DNA of 64,000 bases from positions 49,466 through 113,465 of the forward strand of contig JAGXLU010000002.1 in NCBI GenBank assembly GCA_018334565.1. The letters run 5' to 3'. The translations under genes and the position numbers were made by a program. Within the stretch, counting starts at the first letter, position 1, and each line of letters begins with the position of its first letter. The notes beneath the pieces were generated by a model. It saw nothing but the letters and a program-made list of their open reading frames with translations. It had not been told where the DNA came from and did not search any database. Of the stretch, positions 11,341 through 21,994 are shown piece after piece. This DNA comes from Halanaerobiales bacterium (GTDB lineage: Bacteria; Bacillota; Halanaerobiia; Halanaerobiales; M55B127).

Positions 11341-12321
11341 ATGATCTTAGTAACTGGGGCAACAGGGCATTTAGGCAATGTCTTAATTAGAAGGCTAATA
11401 CTAAATGGGCAAAGAGATATTAGAGCACTAGTATTATTAGGCGATGATGATATCAGTGTTTTAGATGATTTTGATCTTGAAATATTTAAAGGTAATATTT
11501 GTGACTTAAAATCGATAATGCCTGCTTTTGCAGATGTAGATATTGTATACCATCTTGCAGGAAAAGTCTCGATTAAAGATTTTGATCCAACTTTGAAAAA
11601 AGTGAATCTAATTGGAACAAAAAATGTGATAAAAGCTTGTATTGATAATAATGTTAAACGCATGGTTTATGTGAGCACGGTTCACGTTTTTGCGCCTGAT
11701 GTATGTACAGAAATAAAAGAAGATAACCCTATAGTTAGAAAGCAACTAAGGGGGGAATACAGTAAGACAAAAGCAAGGGCTACATTAGAAGTAATGCGAA
11801 CTTCTAGGCAGGATTTGGATACTATAATAGTTTATCCCAGCGGTATTGTTGGGCCTTTTGATCATAGAATATCACCGATGAGCAGGATGATAATAGACCA
11901 CATCAAAGGTAAGTTAATTTGTTCTGTAGAAGGCTCATATGATTTTGTTGATGTAAGGGATGTTGCGGACGGAACTATTAAAGCTGCTAAACTGGGTGCA
12001 GAAGGCGAAGGATATATTCTTTCTAATAAAAATATTTCAATTAAAGAGATATTTGCGATTATAGATGGATTAAGAAAGCCTTTTTTAAAATCTTTTAATT
12101 TGCCCATGTGGATGGCGAAAATCGGAGTCCCTTTTTCTTATTCTTATAATAAGATAATTGGTTGTGAAAATATCCTGACTAAATATGCGCTTTATACCTT
12201 AAATACAGATACAAAATTTTCTAATATTAAAGCTAGAGTTGATTTAGGTTTTAAGACAAGACCGATTAAGGCCACCCTAGCAGATACTATAACCTGGTTT
12301 GAAGAGCGTGGCTTAATCTAA
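11341..12321 (+). CDS. NAD-dependent epimerase/dehydratase (dihydroflavonol-reductase-like extended SDR)
   Basis: ILVTGATGHLG Rossmann motif; YSKTK catalytic motif; FVDVRDVA. Confidence 0.88.
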   Translation: MILVTGATGHLGNVLIRRLILNGQRDIRALVLLGDDDISVLDDFDLEIFKGNICDLKSIMPAFADVDIVYHLAGKVSIKDFDPTLKKVNLIGTKNVIKACIDNNVKRMVYVSTVHVFAPDVCTEIKEDNPIVRKQLRGEYSKTKARATLEVMRTSRQDLDTIIVYPSGIVGPFDHRISPMSRMIIDHIKGKLICSVEGSYDFVDVRDVADGTIKAAKLGAEGEGYILSNKNISIKEIFAIIDGLRKPFLKSFNLPMWMAKIGVPFSYSYNKIIGCENILTKYALYTLNTDTKFSNIKARVDLGFKTRPIKATLADTITWFEERGLI

Positions 12322-12335
12322 GAGGAGGTATTTTT

Positions 12336-14459
12336 ATGAGTGCAAGAAAGAAATTGCTTAATTTTTTAAAGACAGAAGCGAAACAACCGATGACTAAAGA
12401 AGAACTGTTAAATGAATTTGATATAGTTGAACAACAAAAGCATTTTTTCTATAAGATATTAGACCAACTGGAAAAAGATGGACTATTATTTAAAAACAAA
12501 AAGGACAAGTATGGCTTACCTGAAAAATTAGATCTAATTGTAGGTAGAATTGATAAAAACCCGCGGGGTTTTGGGTTTTTAATTCCAGAAGATCCCGGAC
12601 ATAAAGATATATTTATTAGCCCACCTAACCTGGCTGGGGCTATGCATAATGATAAAGTTTTCGTTAAGAAAGTTCCGAGCAGCCGGGCTAATAAGATTGA
12701 AGGAAAAGTAGTCGAAATTATCGAAAGGGTTAACCATCAAGTTGTTGGGAAGTTTGAGCGTGTTAAAAATTATGGTTTCGTAGTACCTGATAACAAGAGA
12801 ATATGTTATGATATTTTCATTCCTGGAGAATATATAAACGATGCTAAAAATAATCAGACCGTTGTTGCCAAGATAAGAACTTGGCCTAAAAAAAACAGAA
12901 ATCCTGAGGGTAAGATTATTGAGATTTTGGGATATAAAGAGGAAAAGGGTGTTGATATTGAATCAATAATAAGGCAGCTGGAATTGCCGGGAGACTTTCC
13001 GGATGAGGTAAAAAATGAAGCAGAAAGACTTTCCCAAGAAATTCCCACTGATGAAATTGAAAGAAGAACTGATTTAAGAGAATTACCTATGGTCACAATT
13101 GATGGTGAAGATGCTAAGGATTTTGATGATGCTGTTTCCATAGAAAAATTATCAAATAATAGTTTAAGATTGGGAGTTCATATAGCTGATGTAGCTTATT
13201 ATGTTAAAGAAAACTCCAGCTTAGATGAGGAAGCATTAAATAGAGGAACCAGTATTTATTTGGTAGATAGGGTCATACCTATGCTGCCAGAGAAGTTGTC
13301 CAATAATCTCTGTAGTTTGAAACCTCATGAAGACAGATTGACTTTGACGGTTTTTATGGACTTTAATTTAAAGCCTTTCTCTTTAGAGAGTTACGAAATA
13401 ACCACTTCTATAATTAATTCCAATCATAGGATGACGTATAATGAAGTTAAAGGGATTTTGGTTCAAGAAAATCAGGAGTTGTTAGAGTTATATGATGACT
13501 TTGTTGATCAGTTGCAATTAATGAACAGTTTAAGAGAAAAACTTAGAGAGCAGCGATTTGAACAAGGGAGTATCAACTTTGAAAGTAAAGAAGTAAAGGT
13601 TATACTCAATAATCAGGGTAAAGCCATTGATATACAAAAGGCCGAACAAGGTATAGCCGAGCAGTTAATTGAAGAGTTTATGATTATGGCAAATAAAGTA
13701 ATAGCAGAAGATATGTACTGGAAGGAAGAACCTTTTGTTTACAGGATACACGACCAACCAGATCAGGAGAGATTAAAAGATTTTAATGAATTTATCCATA
13801 ACTTTGGCTACCACGTGCGCGGTATAGAAAATGAGGTATATTCCAGTGCCCTACAGGAAATCTTAAACCAGGTTGAGGGCGAACCGGAAGAAAGATTAAT
13901 CAATACAGTTTTATTACGTACTATGAAAAAAGCTATCTATACCAGACATAATATCGGACATTATGGATTGGGACTTGATTATTACTGTCATTTCACTTCT
14001 CCTATTAGAAGGTATCCTGATCTTATTATTCACAGGATAATCAAAGAAGTAATTAAAGATGGTATGTTATCAGAAAAGAGAAGGGATTATTTAGAAGAAA
14101 AAATACCCAGTATTGCTGATCATAGTTCTTTGCAGGAAAGAAGAGCAGTAGAAGCAGAGAGGGATTCAATAGATCTTAAAAAAATTGAGTATATGCAAGA
14201 TGAAGTGGGAGAAGAATTTGAGGGTATTATAAGTGGAATTACAGGATTTGGATTTTTTGTAGAACTAGAAAATACGGTAGAAGGTCTGGTCCATGTTGAA
14301 GATTTAAAAGATGATTACTACCATTTGAGAGAAGATTTACATGCTCTTGTTGGTGAAAGGACCAATAAGAGATATAGATTGAGTGATCAAATTAAGGTTA
14401 AGGTTATCAAAGTCGATCCAGAAGAAAGAGAAATAGACTTTGTTGTAGTGGATGATTAA
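12336..14459 (+). CDS. rnr: Ribonuclease R
   Basis: [26 protein letters not shown]-terminal S1 domain; lies upstream of smpB. Confidence 0.97.
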   Translation: MSARKKLLNFLKTEAKQPMTKEELLNEFDIVEQQKHFFYKILDQLEKDGLLFKNKKDKYGLPEKLDLIVGRIDKNPRGFGFLIPEDPGHKDIFISPPNLAGAMHNDKVFVKKVPSSRANKIEGKVVEIIERVNHQVVGKFERVKNYGFVVPDNKRICYDIFIPGEYINDAKNNQTVVAKIRTWPKKNRNPEGKIIEILGYKEEKGVDIESIIRQLELPGDFPDEVKNEAERLSQEIPTDEIERRTDLRELPMVTIDGEDAKDFDDAVSIEKLSNNSLRLGVHIADVAYYVKENSSLDEEALNRGTSIYLVDRVIPMLPEKLSNNLCSLKPHEDRLTLTVFMDFNLKPFSLESYEITTSIINSNHRMTYNEVKGILVQENQELLELYDDFVDQLQLMNSLREKLREQRFEQGSINFESKEVKVILNNQGKAIDIQKAEQGIAEQLIEEFMIMANKVIAEDMYWKEEPFVYRIHDQPDQERLKDFNEFIHNFGYHVRGIENEVYSSALQEILNQVEGEPEERLINTVLLRTMKKAIYTRHNIGHYGLGLDYYCHFTSPIRRYPDLIIHRIIKEVIKDGMLSEKRRDYLEEKIPSIADHSSLQERRAVEAERDSIDLKKIEYMQDEVGEEFEGIISGITGFGFFVELENTVEGLVHVEDLKDDYYHLREDLHALVGERTNKRYRLSDQIKVKVIKVDPEEREIDFVVVDD

Positions 14460-14470
14460 GGGGTGTTAAG

Positions 14471-14944
14471 ATGAGTGATGATACAAAAATTATAGCTAAA
14501 AATAAAAGAGCCCGGCACGACTATAATATTGAAGAAACTTATGAAGCAGGTATAATTTTAAAAGGGACTGAGATTAAGTCGATCCGGTCTGGAAATGTTC
14601 ATTTAAAAGATAGTTTTGCGATGGTGGAAAATGGTGAAGTATTCTTATATAATATGCATATAAGCCCATATAAAGAGGGAAATAGATATAACCACGATCC
14701 TGAGCGCAAGAGGAAACTGCTCTTACACAAAAATGAAATCAGAAAATTGATAGGTTATACAAAACGCAGAGGTTATACACTTGTCCCTTTAAAAATTTAT
14801 CTAAGAAATAATCTTGCCAAGCTAGAATTGGCTCTGGCAAAGGGTAAAAATGTACGTGACAAACGTAGAGATATAGCTAAAGAAACAGCCGAGCAAGATA
14901 TTGAGAGAGCCTTCCGTAGGAGATTGAAAGGAAAAGATTACTAA
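14471..14944 (+). CDS. smpB: SsrA-binding protein
   Basis: [27 protein letters not shown]; RKRKLLLHK. Confidence 0.98.
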   Translation: MSDDTKIIAKNKRARHDYNIEETYEAGIILKGTEIKSIRSGNVHLKDSFAMVENGEVFLYNMHISPYKEGNRYNHDPERKRKLLLHKNEIRKLIGYTKRRGYTLVPLKIYLRNNLAKLELALAKGKNVRDKRRDIAKETAEQDIERAFRRRLKGKDY

Positions 14945-15051
14945 ATAAAAGTGATTCAACATTATTTTCCCAATTAAGCTTAACGGTGGGATTAAATTGT
15001 GTATAACTTTAGATTATTTTAAATATTCAATAAACAAAAAGCAAAAGAGGG

Positions 15052-15609
15052 ATGAACATGAAAATTTATACCAGAAGTGGAGATAAGGGGAAAACCAGTT
15101 TGTATGATAATTCTAGGGTATTAAAAGATTCAGTCCGAGTGGAAAGCTATGGTACAGTTGATGAGTTAAATTCATATTTGGGATATGCTCGTAGTTTGAT
15201 TGAGCAAAAGGATGTTTGCAAAATAATAAAAGATATTCAAATAGAATTATTTAATGTTGCAGGAGAATTAGCCACTCCAGATAGTAAGGATTATCCTAAA
15301 AAGGTTGCACAAGAAAATATAAAACAACTTGAAGATATTATTGATAGTTTTATAGAAGGGATGGGAGAAAAGCAGTTCAATAAATTTATTGTTCCCGGCA
15401 GCAATAGATCATCATCGGCATTACATGTTGCGAGAACGATATGCAGGAGAGCTGAAAGAAGGGTTATATCTCTAGCCAATAAAGAGGAAATAAGAGGAGA
15501 AATTATCAGATATATCAATAGGCTATCTGATTTAATATATATACTAGCAGTTTATCTGGAGAGTGACATGGAGTATATAAATTTTAATAAAGACCAAAAA
15601 GAAGGATGA
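15052..15609 (+). CDS. pduO: PduO-type ATP:cob(I)alamin adenosyltransferase
   Basis: IYTRSGDKGKTSL; YGTVDELNS; LHVARTICRRAER; YINRLSD. Confidence 0.92.
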   Translation: MNMKIYTRSGDKGKTSLYDNSRVLKDSVRVESYGTVDELNSYLGYARSLIEQKDVCKIIKDIQIELFNVAGELATPDSKDYPKKVAQENIKQLEDIIDSFIEGMGEKQFNKFIVPGSNRSSSALHVARTICRRAERRVISLANKEEIRGEIIRYINRLSDLIYILAVYLESDMEYINFNKDQKEG

Positions 15610-16670
15610 GTTTTATGAGATTTGACGAAAGAGATATCATGTTTGCCCGCATAAATTATGAACCGGGTACACAAATATATAAAGATTATTACGAAAAAAA
15701 TCCTGAAAAAAAAGAGATGGATGATTTCTTAAGATCACTGCCTGGATTTATGACAGAAGAGTCTTTTTCCTTTGATTCATTAAATTCTAGTCTGGTCAAT
15801 GGGACATATAGATTTTTAAATGATCTGAAAAAACAGGCTGAGGGAGAAGTATATAATGATAAATATGAAGTTGATAAAGAAGTAGTCAGCCTCAAATTAA
15901 AAAATATTGCAAGATATTATGGGGCAGACCTGGTGGGGATTACCAAGATGAAGAAAAAATTTTATTATACTCACCGAGGAAGAGAGCAGAAATCCTATGG
16001 GCAAAAAGTCAAAAATATCCATAAATACGGTATCGTTTTTGCTGTAGAATTAAAAAGAAATATGGTCAATCAGGCCCCTGGATTGGGAGAATCATTAGAA
16101 ACTTCTCGAGGATATGTTAAAGCAGGTTTGATTGGTATGATTTTAAGCTATTATTTGAGGGAATTAGGCTATGAGGCCCGTAACCATATGGATGGCAATT
16201 ATTTAATTACGGTACCTTTTACTGCTGAACAAGCTGGGCTTGGTGAAATTGGCAGGATGGGGATATTAATTACCAAGAAATATGGACCCAGAGTAAGATT
16301 GGGTGTGGTAACAACTGACCTTGCCTTAAAAACAGATTCCAGGAATTCTTTTGGTCTTAAAGAATTTTGTAAAATATGTAATAAATGCGCTGATAATTGC
16401 CCATCTGGAGCTATTGCAAGTGATAATCCCGGAATATTAAATGGTGAGGAGAGGTGGAAAACAGAGGTAGAAAAGTGTTTTAAGGTTTGGCAGATGTCGG
16501 GGACTGACTGTGGGATTTGTATTGCTTCCTGTCCTTTTGCTCAGAAACTTGATTTAAGTAAAATAAATAAAATGAGGGGTAATCCAAAAGTAATGAAAAA
16601 AATTCTGAGGGAGTATAATAAAAATCATGTAGAACCGGTTTTTAATCAGGATAAGAGCAGCTGGCTTTAA
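15606..16670 (+). CDS. Reductive dehalogenase-like cobalamin/2x[4Fe-4S] protein (RdhA/QueG superfamily) without a TAT leader
   Basis: GADLVGIT; AGLGEIGRMG.LIT..YGPRVRL..VTTDL; FCKICNKCADNCP and C..W....TDCGICIASCP. Confidence 0.8.
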   Translation: MSFMRFDERDIMFARINYEPGTQIYKDYYEKNPEKKEMDDFLRSLPGFMTEESFSFDSLNSSLVNGTYRFLNDLKKQAEGEVYNDKYEVDKEVVSLKLKNIARYYGADLVGITKMKKKFYYTHRGREQKSYGQKVKNIHKYGIVFAVELKRNMVNQAPGLGESLETSRGYVKAGLIGMILSYYLRELGYEARNHMDGNYLITVPFTAEQAGLGEIGRMGILITKKYGPRVRLGVVTTDLALKTDSRNSFGLKEFCKICNKCADNCPSGAIASDNPGILNGEERWKTEVEKCFKVWQMSGTDCGICIASCPFAQKLDLSKINKMRGNPKVMKKILREYNKNHVEPVFNQDKSSWL

Positions 16671-16704
16671 GTTTGTGAAGATAAATTAGATGGGGGGAAA
16701 GATA

Positions 16705-18093
16705 GTGAAAAAATTTTTCTATAACTCAGCTTTATTAATTTTTTTAATCATAATTTTTTCAATTACAGCTGCAGCTGAAGAGATTAACTACTTATCCATT
16801 CAAAGTATAAAAGAAGAGACCGGTATCAACAGAGAAGTAAGTATTATCGACAAAAAATCCGCAGATATAACCGGAGACCACGTTGAAGATCAAATATATT
16901 TAATCGGGCAAAAGTACAGCGATAACATTCCAATTTTTTATACCTATCTAGAGGTTATAGTTTATGATATTAATCAAAAAGAATTTCATAGGGCTACTTA
17001 TCAGGATTTTTCCGGTTATGAGCCCAAAATAGCTTTATATGAATTGACCGGAGATAAACTAAAGGATATTTTCGTGGAGTCGGCCTCCGCAGGCAGTGGT
17101 GGTATTTATTTTCATCTCATTTTATCTTTTCAAAAAGGCAATTTGAAGATTATTTTTGATGATCAGCAAAATAAAGGTGTAAATTTAACAGGGGAATATA
17201 AGGATGGATTTACGTCAGTTCTTCATATTGCCGGTGTTGAAGAAGAGATAGAACTAAATTTATCTTTTAATAAGAGCAGATACATAAGAGAAAAAATTTA
17301 TGATAAAAATGGGAAAGTTTTAAGAGATATTAATCCTTATCCTTATCCTTACAGCCAATTAAGGCCGGTTGATTATGATCTTGATGGTAATTTTGAACTT
17401 AAAGGGATACAGAGAATAGTGGGGGCATATGGTGCTGATAGAATAGGTTATTTAGAGTCTATATTAAAATATGAATCAGGATGGAAGGTAAAAGAAATAA
17501 AGTTAAGCACATTTTTAAGAATATATAGGCCAGATTATTATCTAAATGAGGATAAAAATGATTATAATATAAGCCGTCATTCTTCGGTTACTAAAAGCGG
17601 AGAAGTACATTTTCCCCAGATAGAAAATCTACCGGCAGATGTAAACTCTATATATATAAACAAACAATTAAAAGAAACAATAAAGCCCTTTTTGAATCAA
17701 ACCAATCAATTTAAAATTGATTATAAGGTTGTATATAATAGCAGAAATATACTAAGCATTAAATATTCTGGTTACCAGCATCACGAAGGCGGCAAATATG
17801 AGGTTATCAAGTCATTTAACTATGATTTAAAAAATAACCGCAGACTAAATGTTGAAAACTTATTTAAAAATACAGGTGAAGTTCACCAAAAGGTTAATAT
17901 TATTATAAAAGGTTCTATAAAAGATAGTTCTATTAAGGATAAATTTCCTGGTATAAAAGAATGGATGGGCTTTTATATTGATGAAAAAGAGTTTACAGTA
18001 TATTATTTGCTCAACGATTATCAGACCGAATTCATTGAAATAGCTGTACCCTTAAGCAGAATAAAAGAATATTTAGATGTTGATATTACATAA
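16705..18093 (+). CDS. Exported protein with FG-GAP/VCBS-like Ca-binding motifs and a C-terminal PdaC/RsiV-like (DUF4163/DUF3298) region
   Basis: Probable GTG start at 16705 with a signal peptide; DITGDHVED, ELTGDKLKD, DYDLDGNFE; C-terminal FPQIENL..IN..LSIKY..SFNYDLKN..FYI. Confidence 0.55.
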   Translation: MKKFFYNSALLIFLIIIFSITAAAEEINYLSIQSIKEETGINREVSIIDKKSADITGDHVEDQIYLIGQKYSDNIPIFYTYLEVIVYDINQKEFHRATYQDFSGYEPKIALYELTGDKLKDIFVESASAGSGGIYFHLILSFQKGNLKIIFDDQQNKGVNLTGEYKDGFTSVLHIAGVEEEIELNLSFNKSRYIREKIYDKNGKVLRDINPYPYPYSQLRPVDYDLDGNFELKGIQRIVGAYGADRIGYLESILKYESGWKVKEIKLSTFLRIYRPDYYLNEDKNDYNISRHSSVTKSGEVHFPQIENLPADVNSIYINKQLKETIKPFLNQTNQFKIDYKVVYNSRNILSIKYSGYQHHEGGKYEVIKSFNYDLKNNRRLNVENLFKNTGEVHQKVNIIIKGSIKDSSIKDKFPGIKEWMGFYIDEKEFTVYYLLNDYQTEFIEIAVPLSRIKEYLDVDIT

Positions 18094-18144
18094 ATTTTTA
18101 TAAAAAGAAAGTACTGACATTATAATTAAATTTAAAGAGGTGGT

Positions 18145-18648
18145 TTGTTGATTATAAAAAAGTATGAAGAGATCAAAGCGAATAAACAAGAAATTGCTCA
18201 AATGATTAAGAGTTTTAGAAATTTTTTGGCTAGTTTAAAAAAAAGAGATCAAGATATGACAGTTAAAGAAGCATTAAAAGAGCTTGAATATTATAATGAT
18301 AAGATTTATCCTATTTATACAGCAGTAATAAATAAAGATGATTATGCTGGTTACTTTATACTAAAATACGATGATGATGGGGTTTGGCTAGAGCATTTTT
18401 TTGTTAAAGAGGTTTATCGGAAGCAGGATATTGGCTCAAAACTGTTCCAAAAAGCAGAGAAGGTAGTAGAGCAATTAGGTTATGTGTATCTATATAATTG
18501 GGTTCATCCCAACAATTACCGCATGATAAATTTTTTGAAAAAGCAGGGATATGATGTGTTAAACATGATAGAGATCAGAAAAAAAATTAAAAAAGAGAAG
18601 TTCAAAAGCAGTATTAATGTTGGAAAAAGTAAATTTAGATATAATTAG
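18145..18648 (+). CDS. GNAT family N-acetyltransferase
   Basis: FVKEVYRKQDIGSKL; VHPNN..MINFLKKQGY. Confidence 0.85.
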   Translation: MLIIKKYEEIKANKQEIAQMIKSFRNFLASLKKRDQDMTVKEALKELEYYNDKIYPIYTAVINKDDYAGYFILKYDDDGVWLEHFFVKEVYRKQDIGSKLFQKAEKVVEQLGYVYLYNWVHPNNYRMINFLKKQGYDVLNMIEIRKKIKKEKFKSSINVGKSKFRYN

Positions 18649-18741
18649 TAGAGATATAGAAAGTAGTCATTGTAGTTAATGGTAAATATGTATGCTATCT
18701 AAGGTAATACAAAATGTTATAAGCAAGAGGAGGAATTATTT

Positions 18742-19533
18742 ATGAAATTACCTGCAGAAAAATGGTTTGAGGCTGTTAAAAAAAGAAGTTCAGTGAGAAA
18801 CTTTCTATCTGCAAAATTAAAGGAGGAAGATGCAGGAAAATTAATTACATTTTTAGAATTATTTAATCAATATTACAACGGTGTAAGGATCAGATATGTT
18901 AGTACCGGTTTTCAAGAGGTTGCTAAAGGTTTTATCGGTTCTTACGGCAAGATAGATGGGGCCCAATCCTATCTGGTTTGCCTGGCAGAAAAAAATACAC
19001 CACATAAAAATGAAAAGATTGGTTATGTGGGTGAAGCAGCAGTTTTGGAAGCGGTTTCTAAAGGGATATCATCCTGCTGGATTACAGGTACTTACAAAAA
19101 AGAGGATGTTGCAAAGCAAATAAAGATTGCTGAGAATGAATACATAAAATCTATTATTGCCCTTGGTTACGCCAAGAAGAAAACAAAGCTATCAGAAAAA
19201 GTTATCAAGGCTATCGTATCAAGCAAGAGAAGAAAATCGTTAGAGGAACTTTGCGAAAATGGGGTGGATAGTAGTTGGCCAGATTGGGTGAAAACCGCTT
19301 TAGAAACAGCTAGATTAGCACCTTCTGCTATCAATAGACAGCCCTGGAGATTTAGAGTTTCTGAAAATGAAATTACTATATATATAGAAAACAAATCAGG
19401 AAAAAAAGATTTGAAAAAGCTGGATTGTGGAATAGCAATGCTGCATTTAGAAGTAGGAGCCCTTTATTCAGGTGTTAAAGGACATTGGGAATATTTATTG
19501 GATCCAGAAATCGCAAAATTTGTAAAGGGATAA
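18742..19533 (+). CDS. Nitroreductase family protein (two-domain)
   Basis: RSSVRNF; ARLAPSAINRQPWRF; LDCGIAMLH. Confidence 0.9.
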   Translation: MKLPAEKWFEAVKKRSSVRNFLSAKLKEEDAGKLITFLELFNQYYNGVRIRYVSTGFQEVAKGFIGSYGKIDGAQSYLVCLAEKNTPHKNEKIGYVGEAAVLEAVSKGISSCWITGTYKKEDVAKQIKIAENEYIKSIIALGYAKKKTKLSEKVIKAIVSSKRRKSLEELCENGVDSSWPDWVKTALETARLAPSAINRQPWRFRVSENEITIYIENKSGKKDLKKLDCGIAMLHLEVGALYSGVKGHWEYLLDPEIAKFVKG

Positions 19534-19699
19534 AAAATAAACAATGTAGAGGATATTAAATTTCATAAAAAATAAGCTTGTTAAAAAGCGTTTTTACAAA
19601 AGATCAAAAGCAGACTATTTTTAAATTGATATCGATAGTATAATTAAATATTCACTTTCTTTTAAAACTCTTTGATCAAAGTGTTATCAACAATTATCT

Positions 19700-19737
19700 A
19701 AGCCCTTATTGCTTATCTATCTGCAGTGAGGGTTTTT
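19700..19737 (+). terminator. Intrinsic terminator-like hairpin 70 nt upstream of the MBL hydrolase gene
   Basis: AAGCCCTTATTGC...GCAGTGAGGGTTTTT. Confidence 0.6.
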
Positions 19738-19807
19738 ATCTTAATTATGTAGGCTACATTGTTTAATAATTTATTTCTATTTAAATAAAAATAAGGGGTC
19801 TAATTTT

Positions 19808-20755
19808 ATGAATAATATTAAGATTATTGCCACTGAGTCTCTGGGAGTTAGAGGTCTATGTTGCTCAGTAGGAACTACAGATAAAAAAATAGTTATAGAT
19901 CCAGGCATATCACTTGGTTATATCAGGAATGGTAGATTGCCTCATCCTGTTCAAATAGCCGTGGATGAAATCATAAGAAATCAAATTATTGAAGAATTGA
20001 ATGATGCTACTGACATTGTTTTTAGTCACTATCATGGAGATCATATTCCACTTGCAGATGCTAATCCATATCAGTTGGCTTTAAAAGAAGCTGAAGCGCC
20101 TTTAAAAGAACTTAAAGTGTGGGCAAAGGGTTTGAAAAATGAGTCTCATAAAATGCAAGAAAGAGGTTGGAACTTAAAAATGAGTTCTGTTCACTTTACA
20201 GTTTCTGAGGGTAAAAATAATGGATTACTTCAATTTAGCAAACCAGTTCCACATGGAAAAAGAAATACACACTTAGGTAATGTAATGATGACAAAAATCA
20301 AATTTAAGGATATGATTTTTTTGCATGCCTCAGATATTCAATTTCTCTGTTCTGATACTATAGATTATATTATTAAGTTAAAAGCTGACGTCGTCTTAGC
20401 CAGCGGTCCACCAATTTATTTAAACCATTTGGAAAAAGAAGACTTAAAAAGAGCTTCTCAAAATATACTAAAATTAAGTGAAAAAGTTGAGACTTTAATT
20501 GTTGATCATCATCTTTTAAGGTGTGAAGAGGGTTTGAGTTATTTAAAAAAAATGAATAGGCAAAGTAAGAATAAAATTATTTGTGCGGCAGATTATATGG
20601 AAGTAAAGCCACAACTTTTAGAGGCAAGGCGGGAAGAAATATATAATAAATTGCCAGTACTAGAAGACTGGCATGAGAAGTATAAAAAAGGAGAAGTAAG
20701 TACTGAACCTTACTTACAAAAGGCCAGAGAACTCATAAAAGATTTTATATATTAA
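19808..20755 (+). CDS. Metallo-beta-lactamase-fold hydrolase (UPF0282-like)
   Basis: ESLGVRG; IDPG; SHYHGDH; HASDIQ; VDHHLLR. Confidence 0.8.
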   Translation: MNNIKIIATESLGVRGLCCSVGTTDKKIVIDPGISLGYIRNGRLPHPVQIAVDEIIRNQIIEELNDATDIVFSHYHGDHIPLADANPYQLALKEAEAPLKELKVWAKGLKNESHKMQERGWNLKMSSVHFTVSEGKNNGLLQFSKPVPHGKRNTHLGNVMMTKIKFKDMIFLHASDIQFLCSDTIDYIIKLKADVVLASGPPIYLNHLEKEDLKRASQNILKLSEKVETLIVDHHLLRCEEGLSYLKKMNRQSKNKIICAADYMEVKPQLLEARREEIYNKLPVLEDWHEKYKKGEVSTEPYLQKARELIKDFIY

Positions 20756-20882
20756 GCTTTGCGAGGTGATCATAAGTACAAATATTAAAAGTAATATTTT
20801 AATATAATATAAAGTTGTGTGATAATATTGAAATGTATGGAAAAGTATAATAAAATAAAAATAAATTGAAGGAGGGTTATTT

Positions 20883-21047
20883 CTTAAGGTTAATAAAGAA
20901 ATTGTGATCATTTCTGTTGTCAGCTGAATCATTGCAGCAAATGGGGCTCTCAAAGTGGAGGGATGGTCCTTATCCCTTTTAATAGTTGTTTTAATAGGTT
21001 TATTAGTCGGTTTAATTGGTAGTAAGATATTTAATAGAGAGTCATGA
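20883..21047 (+). pseudogene. Degenerate small two-TM membrane protein
   Basis: GGAGGG RBS at 20871 but no canonical start. The frame reads LKVNKEIVIISVVS*IIAANGALKVEGWSLSLLIVVLIGLLVGLIGSKIFNRES*, with an internal TGA. Confidence 0.4.
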
Positions 21048-21246
21048 TTTAATTCATCGTATTAAATTAGATGCATATTAATATAGAAATCAACTATCAT
21101 ATTAGATTATATAACTTTTTAAAAATTATATCTAAACATTAAAGATTATTGCTTTGATTTTCTGAAATCAGATAATTACTTTTTAAGAATATTTTATAGA
21201 GATTTGTTAAATGATCTCTAATTATATTATATGAGGAGTGGTTTTT

Positions 21247-21795
21247 ATGGAAGATATGATTGCCGGAGTAAAATTAGAATTTGTTAAAGGGGATATTACT
21301 TCACAGCCTGATATCGATGCAATTGTTAATGCAGCCAATGCCCAACTTAGGACAGGTGGAGGCGTAGCCGGTGCAATCCATAGAGCAGCCGGGCCTGAAC
21401 TTGTTAAAGAATGTAAGCCTTTAGCACCTATCAGACCGGGAGAAGCAGTGTTGACAAGGGCTTATAAATTACCAAATAGTCATGTGATTCACTGTCTGGG
21501 ACCTGTTTATGGGCGAGATAAGCCTGAGGATAAATTACTAGCAAACTGTTATAAAAATGCCCTTAAAATTGCTGAAGAAAACGAGATAGAATCTATCGCT
21601 TTTCCGGCTCTCTCAACCGGTGCTTTTGGTTATCCTATAAAAGAGGCTACCGATGTAGTATTAAAAACTGTTTTGGATATACTTCCCGGTATAGAGAATT
21701 TAAAATTAATCCGCTTTGTTCTTTACAGCCAAAAAAAACTTAATGTTTATAGGGAGCATTTCTTTAAATTAAAAAATAATAAAATAGAAGGTTAA
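21247..21795 (+). CDS. Macro domain protein (YmdB-like ADP-ribosylhydrolase)
   Basis: GDIT..DAIVNAAN..L..GGGVAGAIHRAAG; VIHCLGP; AFPALSTGAFGYP. Confidence 0.93.
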   Translation: MEDMIAGVKLEFVKGDITSQPDIDAIVNAANAQLRTGGGVAGAIHRAAGPELVKECKPLAPIRPGEAVLTRAYKLPNSHVIHCLGPVYGRDKPEDKLLANCYKNALKIAEENEIESIAFPALSTGAFGYPIKEATDVVLKTVLDILPGIENLKLIRFVLYSQKKLNVYREHFFKLKNNKIEG

Positions 21796-21994
21796 AAATT
21801 TAAAATAGTATTTTAGGTTAAAAAAGAGTCATCCTTGCTGTCTGTTTATTATAATTTTGCTGATTAGTAAAAAGAAAGGCAGCAGGGTGAATTTATTTTT
21901 CAGCAGTTATTAACATCTTTTTAAATAGAATAATATATATAGAATATTTTTTTAAAAATAGGTATAAGTTTTTATATATTGGGAGGTATAAACA

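Noticed and set aside
14945-15051. Expected tmRNA (ssrA) or integration site after smpB
   Set aside because: Only 107 nt, with no tRNA-like ends and no integrase nearby.
20883-21047. Selenoprotein reading of the in-frame TGA
   Set aside because: The TGA sits in a hydrophobic helix with no redox motif, no convincing SECIS hairpin follows, and there is no valid start codon.
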